Source: a virus (taxonomy: Duplodnaviria; Caudoviricetes). Taken from it: DNA of 64,000 nt. The notes under the pieces are model-generated. The model made no database searches. It saw only the letters and a list, made by a program, of their open reading frames with translations, and was not told where the DNA came from. Made by a program: the position numbers and the translations under genes. Shown here in pieces: positions 56,376 through 63,483 of the stretch (positions within the stretch are counted from its first letter, which is position 1; every line of letters starts with the position of its first letter). Where the stretch lies: the IMG/VR virus record IMGVR_UViG_3300003320_000853, one strand, 5' to 3'.

Positions 56376-56651
56376 ATGGACACCAAGATCATCGTCCGTG
56401 GCAGCGGCCCCCTGGCTGGATTCGAAGCGCGGGTCATCGCGGCAGAGCTGGATTGCGAGTCCGACGACGGGCTGCTCCTGACACTCGACCGCGCCTACGA
56501 GCTCGGCGGGCAGTCCCACACGACTGCCGTCATCCTCCACACGAACGGTCTGCTCCTCACGGTCGTGGGCGCCTTCGACCTTCTCCACGTCCCGACGGAG
56601 CAAATGTTGCTGCTCCAGAAGCTCAACGACGAACTTCTTGGAAGGGGTTGA
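56376..56651 (+). CDS. Hypothetical protein
   Basis: ATG 34 nt from TTGACT 56342. Confidence 0.7.
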   Translation: MDTKIIVRGSGPLAGFEARVIAAELDCESDDGLLLTLDRAYELGGQSHTTAVILHTNGLLLTVVGAFDLLHVPTEQMLLLQKLNDELLGRG

Positions 56652-56681
56652 TCAGGAACGGCCTGGACCTGTAGTAGGGGC

Positions 56682-56954
56682 ATGAACACCACGAACATCA
56701 CCGCGGCTGACACTCTCTCGATTCAGGATTTCGCGACCCGCACGGCCGCCGTCGAGATCGTCGCCATGCGCGACAACCTCTCGATCTTCGAGGTGACCTT
56801 CCAGTCCCTCGATCTCAATGATGCCGGTTCGCGGGACAAGTTCACCCGCGAGGTTCCGGCCAAGAGTGAGGCGGAGGCCCGTGCCCTCGCCGAGGCGTGG
56901 GCAGACGGCGCCGAGGTCGTCGAGATCGAAGAGACCTCGGCTCTCAGCGCGTAA
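56682..56954 (+). CDS. Hypothetical acidic protein
   Basis: Class A promoter at 56648. Confidence 0.75.
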   Translation: MNTTNITAADTLSIQDFATRTAAVEIVAMRDNLSIFEVTFQSLDLNDAGSRDKFTREVPAKSEAEARALAEAWADGAEVVEIEETSALSA

Positions 56955-57018
56955 CCCCAACGACCGGAAAAATGGCCCGCTGAGTTGATCGGCGGGCCCT
57001 TTGATCTGTAGAGGGGAC

Positions 57019-57333
57019 ATGAACATGACCTTCAACCCTGTGATCCTGGCCTACGTGAAGTCTGAGACCCGTGAGGGGGTCGTCCACACGATCCGCATGG
57101 GCAGGGATGGAAACGTCTACTGCTCGTGCGAGGCGTGGAAGTACCAGAGCAAGCCGGTCACGGAGCGTACCTGCAAGCACCTCCAGGCTTTCGCTCTTCA
57201 GGCGAACCTCCCCAACGTGGCGCTACTTCGCCAGATGGCAGCCATGATGGCCCCTCCGGCTCCGAAGCCGGCCCCGGTCCGCAGGGCGACGGCCACGAAG
57301 CCGAACCCCTGGACGACTCCCCTCCCCCACTGA
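57019..57333 (+). CDS. SWIM zinc-finger protein
   Basis: YCSCEAWKY...TCKHL (CxC...CxH). Confidence 0.8.
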   Translation: MNMTFNPVILAYVKSETREGVVHTIRMGRDGNVYCSCEAWKYQSKPVTERTCKHLQAFALQANLPNVALLRQMAAMMAPPAPKPAPVRRATATKPNPWTTPLPH

Positions 57334-57399
57334 AAAGAAAACCCCGGGGTCTTCACCCTACCGATTTCTCGGGAAGGGGAGAGGACTACCCGGGGACAG
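57334..57399 (-). ncRNA. Candidate small RNA or bidirectional terminator
   Basis: Minus-strand class B motif at 57415-57410 with no ORF; CCCCGGG...CCCCGGGG stem then TTTTCTTTT. Confidence 0.35.
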
Positions 57400-57467
57400 T
57401 GGCGACTTCTACACCTGTCAACCAGGACGAATTTCCCCTCGCGACCGTCCAGGACGGTGTATATGAA

Positions 57468-57537
57468 GGGGGAAGGGACGATCCCGGCTGGCCGACACCC
57501 CCCATCGGTCTCCCGTGAGGGTTGTCCCTTCCCTTTT
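57468..57537 (+). ncRNA. Candidate small RNA (about 70 nt)
   Basis: Class B motif at 57456; GGGAAGGGACGATCCC/GGGTTGTCCCTTCCC stem, inner C-rich loop, TTTT end. Confidence 0.45.
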
Positions 57538-57614
57538 CCATCCTTGGTATCCTTCGGACATGCACCGATCGATCCTCGATTGATCCCCAGCCAGGGGCCC
57601 TTGTAGACCAGAGC

Positions 57615-58136
57615 ATGGTCGAAGGAACCCCCGAGTCCGCGGTCCTCGCGGCACGGCTGCTCGTCTTCATCGTGTTGTTGCCCTTCAGGGGCCTCTATCT
57701 GCTCGGCGTGCTCGGTGCTCACGGATACCGCCGGCTCTTCGTGCGGCGTCCGCCTGTCCGGCAGCTCGTCGACTACAAGCTCCGCCAGCTCCCGGACAGC
57801 TTCCGGTCGGGCATCCAGTGGTCGATCACGATCGACGGCCGGGCGTACCGGATCGCGTCGGTAGACGACCTCCCCGAGGAACACCGGGAAACGATGCGCG
57901 CCAGGCTGGCGAGCCAGGCAGAGGCCATTCACCAGATTCTCGGCGTGCCCGCTCTTCCGCCCGCTCCCGCAGTCCCGGAACCGCCGAAGGACGATGGAGA
58001 CCGGCCACAGGACATCGCCGATGAGCTGAGCGCGTTGAATCCCGTGCGGGGATGGGATGATCATGTCTCGATCCCGGCCCCAAGCGATAGCTGGGGCTCA
58101 GAAGGCAGCGGCGGGGGATCTTCGGGCAATTGGTGA
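57615..58136 (+). CDS. Membrane-anchored hypothetical protein
   Basis: Class A promoter at 57580; N-terminal TM; GGGSSGNW end. Confidence 0.7.
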   Translation: MVEGTPESAVLAARLLVFIVLLPFRGLYLLGVLGAHGYRRLFVRRPPVRQLVDYKLRQLPDSFRSGIQWSITIDGRAYRIASVDDLPEEHRETMRARLASQAEAIHQILGVPALPPAPAVPEPPKDDGDRPQDIADELSALNPVRGWDDHVSIPAPSDSWGSEGSGGGSSGNW

Positions 58137-58207
58137 TACCCAAGACGGTGTAGGATCATCCATGGCGTTGATTGGGCGCCAGCCTTCGCTGTAGAACCGG
58201 CAGATCC

Positions 58208-58606
58208 ATGAAGAAACACGTCACAGCCGCCGCAGCGCTCATCTGGGGTGTCGCCCCGGAAACCAGGGGCCGCATCTTGAGCGTCTCCCGGAAGAACGAC
58301 CCCGCCGACCTCGGTCTCCCTGGGGGAAAGGTCGAGCCTGGCGAGACCCCCTACGAGGCCATGGTCCGGGAGGTCTTCGAGGAGACGGGCATCCGCGTTC
58401 GCGCAGCCAAGCTCGTCTTCGAGAGACCCGACGGCCCGCATATCGTCCAGACGTTCTTCGTCACCGAGTGGGAAGGCACGCCCGGTAACACGAAGGAGAC
58501 GGGACGCGTCAAGTGGGTCGAACTGGGAGACATGCTCGCCGAGGAGTGCCGCTCCTTCCGGGAGTACAACGCCGCTCTCTTCTGCCACCTTGGCTTGGAG
58601 GTATGA
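58208..58606 (+). CDS. Nudix hydrolase
   Basis: Nudix box GGKVEPGETPYEAMVREVFEETG. Confidence 0.93.
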   Translation: MKKHVTAAAALIWGVAPETRGRILSVSRKNDPADLGLPGGKVEPGETPYEAMVREVFEETGIRVRAAKLVFERPDGPHIVQTFFVTEWEGTPGNTKETGRVKWVELGDMLAEECRSFREYNAALFCHLGLEV

Positions 58607-58607
58607 G

Positions 58608-59138
58608 ATGGACAGCACGCTGTTCAACGAGTTCGCCGAGAAGCCTCCTGTGGTCTTCAAGATCGAAAAGGTCCCCTCCAATTGGGAGCCACGTCCGTTG
58701 CACCAGATGATGGAGAAGCCCGATCGCCGTGGCCCCCATGGCGTGTGCAACTGCTGTGGGACGAAGATCCCGCAGCTCTCTTTCGAGGAAGCCTTCGAGA
58801 AAGCCAAGGCCGAGAGGGACGACAAGGGCGCCATGAAGCATATGAACGCCATGGCGCACGGCTACGAGGAGTGCGACCTCTGCGCTGGTGACCATCCGGG
58901 AACCCCTGGTGTCCCGGAGCCGAAGCTCGGCGAGGAGTGGGAGAGCGGATCGGGTGAACGCGTCCGCGTGATCCAGGAGTACGGCGGTAGGTACAAATCC
59001 GGCCCATACGGCGGATGGGCGATGGGCATCACCTCGGATGGGCGCCAGCTCGGGATTCGCCGTGGGAATGTCGAGAATGGTCGCTGGCGGCCCTTCTCGG
59101 GCCCGGCGTCGACGGTCAACGCAGTTCTTGGCCTGTAG
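58608..59138 (+). CDS. Hypothetical protein (CxCC / CxxC)
   Basis: GGAGG site; operonic. Confidence 0.7.
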   Translation: MDSTLFNEFAEKPPVVFKIEKVPSNWEPRPLHQMMEKPDRRGPHGVCNCCGTKIPQLSFEEAFEKAKAERDDKGAMKHMNAMAHGYEECDLCAGDHPGTPGVPEPKLGEEWESGSGERVRVIQEYGGRYKSGPYGGWAMGITSDGRQLGIRRGNVENGRWRPFSGPASTVNAVLGL

Positions 59139-59147
59139 GTGAGGACG

Positions 59148-60113
59148 ATGATGCAGCTCTCGATTTTCAGTGGCACGGCGAATAGGCCGCTTGCCGAGCG
59201 GGTGTGTGAGGCGCTCGACGGGGTTCCCCTTGGAAGGGCCCTCGTGTCTCGGTTCTCCAATGGGGAACCCCGTGTTCAGATCGAGGAGAGCGTCCGCGAA
59301 CGGGACGTGTACATCATCCAGCCGACTTGCGCCGGCTTGGACGGATCCTCGGTGAACGACAACTTCATGCAGCTCCTTGTCATGGTCGACGCTCTCGACC
59401 GGGCTGGCGCCGGTCGCATCACGGCGGTCGTCCCCTCCTTCGGCTATGCCAGGCAGGACAGGCGCGCCGAAACGAGGACGCCGATCACGGCCAAGCTCGC
59501 CGCCGACGCCATGGCCATGGCCGGCGTGAAGCGGGTCGTGACGATCGATCTCCACGCGGAGCAGATCGAAGGCATGTTCCCCCGCGGCGTCCACGTCGAG
59601 AACATCTACGCCAGCCACGCGATGGAGGGGTACCTCCGGCGCGAGTACGAAGGCGTCATGTGTGTCTCTCCGGACGCCGGGGGCGCCAAGCGGAATCGGG
59701 CCTACGCCAAGCTCCTCAACTCGCGGACGGCGATGATCGACAAGCGCCGTGATGAGCCCGGCAAGGTCGGCGGTGCAGAGGTCGTCGGCGACGTCGACAG
59801 CAAGCGGTGCCTCATCACCGACGACATGATCGACTCGGCCGGCACCCTCGTGGCCGCGGGCCACTCCCTCATGAAGGCTGGCGCCGTGAGTGTCGACGCC
59901 GTCGCCACTCACCCGGTCTTCTCGGGGAACGCCGTAGAGAACATCGCCACCTCGCCGTTCGGCCGCATCATCGTGGCCGACACGATCCCCATCTCCGACG
60001 CGATGATGGCGACGGGCAAGATCCACATCGTGAGCGTCGGCGGCATCCTTGCCGATGCCATCCGTCGGCTTCATAACGGGGACACCCTCCACCCCTACCT
60101 CCGCCGGTCATGA
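59148..60113 (+). CDS. prs: Ribose-phosphate pyrophosphokinase (PRPP synthetase)
   Basis: FSNGE, ESVR, YARQDR, DLHAEQI, SPDAGG, IDKRR, DDMIDSAGT, THPVFSG. Confidence 0.95.
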   Translation: MMQLSIFSGTANRPLAERVCEALDGVPLGRALVSRFSNGEPRVQIEESVRERDVYIIQPTCAGLDGSSVNDNFMQLLVMVDALDRAGAGRITAVVPSFGYARQDRRAETRTPITAKLAADAMAMAGVKRVVTIDLHAEQIEGMFPRGVHVENIYASHAMEGYLRREYEGVMCVSPDAGGAKRNRAYAKLLNSRTAMIDKRRDEPGKVGGAEVVGDVDSKRCLITDDMIDSAGTLVAAGHSLMKAGAVSVDAVATHPVFSGNAVENIATSPFGRIIVADTIPISDAMMATGKIHIVSVGGILADAIRRLHNGDTLHPYLRRS

Positions 60114-60319
60114 TCCAGAGACCCGTGAAAGGTCGCGCCGACACGGACGAGAAGAAGCGCGTCGTGATTGACCGCATCCTCACCGTCTGGAAGCGGAACC
60201 CCCACCTCCGGCTCGGCCAGCTCCTCGTCAACCTGACGTTGCCCAACATCGACGCCATCGACCGCCTCTTCTACATCGAGGATGAGGAGCTGGTGGCTAT
60301 CCTGGAGAAGTCTGCGTGA
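60110..60319 (+). CDS. Conserved small phage protein (W...PxLRLGQL...FYxED family)
   Basis: VWKRNPHLRLGQLL, LFYIEDEEL. Confidence 0.7.
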   Translation: MIQRPVKGRADTDEKKRVVIDRILTVWKRNPHLRLGQLLVNLTLPNIDAIDRLFYIEDEELVAILEKSA

Positions 60320-60705
60320 GCGATCCCGAGACGAACGACCTCCCCGAGTATTGGGATAACCTCCTGCCTGGGATCGACATCCCCCGTCTGTCGGAGGACA
60401 AGCTCCGGGAGTTCGTGCTCGGCGTCCTCGATGGGCGGATCTACATCGACCGCCAGGTGGGCAACCCCGAGGACGTCGGGCATGTATTCTTCCCGCTCCT
60501 CTTCGGCGCGTTCTCGGGCTACAACGAGGACAGCCTGAAGAGCTACGTCGGCTGCATCTACGAGTACATGGACCAGGCGCTCCCCCGCAGCATCAACGGG
60601 AGGCCGTGCTTCGCGTCGATGCGGATCCTCCACACGGAGGACTGGAAGCGGGCCCATGCCGCCATCGTCGCCGAGCAAGAGCGTCGCAAGAACATCCCGA
60701 TCTAG
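60316..60705 (+). CDS. Hypothetical protein
   Basis: GTGA overlap; IYEY...PRSINGRPCF. Confidence 0.7.
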   Translation: MSDPETNDLPEYWDNLLPGIDIPRLSEDKLREFVLGVLDGRIYIDRQVGNPEDVGHVFFPLLFGAFSGYNEDSLKSYVGCIYEYMDQALPRSINGRPCFASMRILHTEDWKRAHAAIVAEQERRKNIPI

Positions 60706-62177
60706 AGCTCATCGTCCATCAGGTGCTCGAACGCGGTGCGCCGGACGACCTTCCTCCAGATCCCCGAGGCGAAGTCTCTGAGCGGGATGGAGCGTCGCCG
60801 CTTCACCTTCCGATCCACGACGTGGACGATCTCCCTCGCGACGTCGACGGTGACGACTTCGATTTCGGTCTTGTCGGTCAGGTGCTCCCATTCATCCCCG
60901 GACACGGGCAAGACTTCCGGGACAGAAGGCGCGTCACCTTCCACGATCGACCATGCGCGATGGAGATTCATGAAATCCGCGTAGAGCATCGTGTTCCGCT
61001 GTTCGGGAATGCCATCGTCCGTGGCCGACGCCCGACGGAAGGTGACCGCTTCGCCCCCGTAGGACGTCGACGGACGGCCCGTGACCTCGACGAGATCCCC
61101 CGTCGCCCGGTTCACCCAGAGCGAGCGGGCCGTGGGGATGCCCAACGCTTCCCCGTCGACCTCGGGCGGCTCCGGCACCGGCACGGAGGGCGCCACAGGA
61201 GGGTTCCGGGGGAAGCTCGGCGGGTTCGAGGTGTACACGACGCCTGAGCGAACCGGGAGGATGTCTCCGTTGAGGTTGCGCCGTCCAAGCTCGACCTCTT
61301 CGCGGAGAGCCTCCTGCGGACCCCGGACGAGTTCGAGGAGAGCGTTGTGCGTCGAGGGTGCTGGACGGCCCGGGGCGCCCCCCAGACGGGAGACAGGGGA
61401 AGTCGAGACGCGGCCCACATCGCGAGATTGGATCGCGATCGAGTGAAGACTTTCGGGGCCTGTCACCACGTGAATCGGGACGCCTTGAAAGGCGCGAGCT
61501 CCGAGAGGCCCGCCGATGACCTCTCGCTCGTGGGTGCGATAGAAATGACCCCAGACCTGTGGGGTGACGTCGATCCTACGGATGGGGATCAGGTTCGCCT
61601 CCATGTAGGTGCGCAGCTCGATCATGGTGTCCCAGAACCATTCGTCCGTGTGGGTTCCGGGGGGCTCGGCCACCGTTCCCCACTGGTAGCTGCACTTCGA
61701 GCAGCTCCACACGTGGAACGTTCCGTTCCGGGTCACGTTCGACGTTGCTCGGTCGTCGCATGCGGGGCAGCCGTCGTTGACGATGGGCTGCGGAACCTCG
61801 GCCGCCCCCGGGTGCTCGCTCATGTCGAGCGTCGCCGAGGTCCCGATGGGCATGTGGCGGGGGCAAACCCATTCCGGGGTCGCGTCGCGATCCATCCGGA
61901 AGACTCCCGCCAGCCGGCAGCCTCGACGAGAACACCCCATTCCGTGGGTCGGCGCGGCTTGAACAAACCTCCACAAATCAATGCGGTTCGCGGGAACACG
62001 GGTTCGGTTGCCCGTCATGCTGACGAGGGTGATGACGTTGGGCGCAAGCTCGGCGACGACAGCCCGAGCGGTACGCCCGGTGAAAGGGTCGGTCGTTTCC
62101 CACAGCTCGCAGACTTGCGGATCTCCGCTAGGCACCGTGAACCTCCACCATGATCCCCCGAACAGAGTTTCCTCCAT
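60702..62177 (-). CDS. Multidomain protein (Zn-ribbons, repeated small beta domains) with C-terminal tag (RRTAFEHLMDDEL*)
   Basis: Long ORF; the true start may be 62214 if indels are present. Confidence 0.75.
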   Translation of the reverse strand: MEETLFGGSWWRFTVPSGDPQVCELWETTDPFTGRTARAVVAELAPNVITLVSMTGNRTRVPANRIDLWRFVQAAPTHGMGCSRRGCRLAGVFRMDRDATPEWVCPRHMPIGTSATLDMSEHPGAAEVPQPIVNDGCPACDDRATSNVTRNGTFHVWSCSKCSYQWGTVAEPPGTHTDEWFWDTMIELRTYMEANLIPIRRIDVTPQVWGHFYRTHEREVIGGPLGARAFQGVPIHVVTGPESLHSIAIQSRDVGRVSTSPVSRLGGAPGRPAPSTHNALLELVRGPQEALREEVELGRRNLNGDILPVRSGVVYTSNPPSFPRNPPVAPSVPVPEPPEVDGEALGIPTARSLWVNRATGDLVEVTGRPSTSYGGEAVTFRRASATDDGIPEQRNTMLYADFMNLHRAWSIVEGDAPSVPEVLPVSGDEWEHLTDKTEIEVVTVDVAREIVHVVDRKVKRRRSIPLRDFASGIWRKVVRRTAFEHLMDDEL

Positions 62178-62252
62178 CCACGTGCGCCTTGCACGATCGC
62201 GGGGTGGTGACCATGCTCGACGACTACACCGGGCCGGTGTACCAGGATCGGG

Positions 62253-62570
62253 ATGAGCAACGACATGAAGGACAACCCGTGCGACGGGAAGGACGTGGTC
62301 ACGCTGGGGCCCGAGATCACACCGGGGGTGCATCCCTGCGTTCGCCACAATGCGAACCACGAGATCACCGTAGGGGTGCTCCACGTCGTGAAGGACGGCG
62401 ATCCCGTGCCGGAGAACGCCCTCATCCTTCAAAAGGGAGAGGGCACGACGTACCACGTCGTGGGCGAGGCGAAAGCCACCTCGCATGGCCCGGCCCAGGT
62501 GGCCACCGACACGTACCGCCGGAACTGGGAGTCCATCTTCGGGGCCCGTCAGGTCGTCGGCCAGGCTTGA
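62253..62570 (+). CDS. Hypothetical protein
   Basis: Class B at 62236; GPAQVATDTYRRNWESIFG; stop inside next class A box. Confidence 0.75.
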   Translation: MSNDMKDNPCDGKDVVTLGPEITPGVHPCVRHNANHEITVGVLHVVKDGDPVPENALILQKGEGTTYHVVGEAKATSHGPAQVATDTYRRNWESIFGARQVVGQA

Positions 62571-62600
62571 TCCGAGGGTCTCCTCTCCTGTAGGAGGACC

Positions 62601-62966
62601 GTGCCGCGACGCCTTCCCCTCATCTGCCCCTCGAATTCGAGGGGCGTCGCCGACTTCCACACGAAGCCTTGCAACGGCAAGGCGTGCTCATGGTGGAAGA
62701 AAGGCGAGAACCTCTGTGGCGCCATCGCCACGCTCGACGACTACGCTCGGTGGGAGAAGCCAGAGACTCCGCTACCTCACTGCCCCATCACGGCTTCCTG
62801 CACGTGGGACGTCCAGGAGATCGCTCAGGGCCGGCGCGGATGCGTCCCGCGCCGGCTGGGCCTCGTCTGTGAGCATCAGGCGGGAGAGCCCGGCGTGGAC
62901 CTCGACACCGCCATTTGGAACACCTTCGAGATGGCGGACCCGGACGATGCCGAAGCCTGGGGATAG
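62601..62966 (+). CDS. Cys-rich hypothetical protein
   Basis: GTG 34 nt from TTGATC 62567. Confidence 0.7.
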   Translation: MPRRLPLICPSNSRGVADFHTKPCNGKACSWWKKGENLCGAIATLDDYARWEKPETPLPHCPITASCTWDVQEIAQGRRGCVPRRLGLVCEHQAGEPGVDLDTAIWNTFEMADPDDAEAWG

Positions 62967-63201
62967 CTGGTTCATCTTCAAGAAGCTCGTCTTGCTCCAC
63001 ATCGAGGAACACCCGGGCGTGCGATCCGGTGATCTGATCGAGGCGTTCAACGCCGACGACAACTTGATCATGGAGTGTCTGGACGTTCTGCTCTCTCAGG
63101 GATCGATCAACTGGATCGAGGAACCGCGGATGACCTGGCGGTACTACGCCAGCCGGAGGCCGACCGCTTGGGAGGTTCTTCTCCAGGATGACGTGGTGTA
63201 G
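62947..63201 (+). CDS. Winged-helix-like protein with C-terminal tag (RPTAWEVLLQDDVV*)
   Basis: HPGVRSGDLIEAF...CLDVLLSQGSI; tag. Confidence 0.7.
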   Translation: MPKPGDSWFIFKKLVLLHIEEHPGVRSGDLIEAFNADDNLIMECLDVLLSQGSINWIEEPRMTWRYYASRRPTAWEVLLQDDVV

Positions 63202-63213
63202 GCTCCCGAGACG

Positions 63214-63483
63214 ATGCCGAAAAGGGTGACCATCCGAGATGCTGTGCTTCGCTACGTGAGATTCAACTCGGGACGCACTGCGACGGAGATCGCCAAGGAT
63301 ATCGGGAGGAACGTCGGTTCCGTCTCTTCGGTACTCAACCATCTCCGGGAGGAAGGCGAGGTCGAGTACGCACCGAAACGCGGACCCCGGGGCGGCTACA
63401 CCTACCGCATCCCGGCGGCCAAGCTCGCCCCGACATCCAACAAGACCTCGTGGGCTCATCTTCTCGACGAGGACGACCTCTGA
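63214..63483 (+). CDS. Winged-helix HTH protein with C-terminal tag (KTSWAHLLDEDDL*)
   Basis: TATEIAKDIGRNVGSVSSVLNHLREEGEV; tag. Confidence 0.8.
   Translation: MPKRVTIRDAVLRYVRFNSGRTATEIAKDIGRNVGSVSSVLNHLREEGEVEYAPKRGPRGGYTYRIPAAKLAPTSNKTSWAHLLDEDDL

Noticed and set aside
36573-58200. Regularly recurring GGTTGATC...TGTAG units read as a CRISPR array or integron attC sites
   Set aside because: Only two short boxes are conserved, units are separated by whole genes, there is no palindromic attC structure, and no cas or integrase gene is in the window
59148-60113. prs as the NARP1 ADPR-PP synthetase (Adps)
   Set aside because: It looks like a canonical full-length Prs and has no adjacent Namat/Nampt-like gene; cannot be assigned without phylogeny or assay
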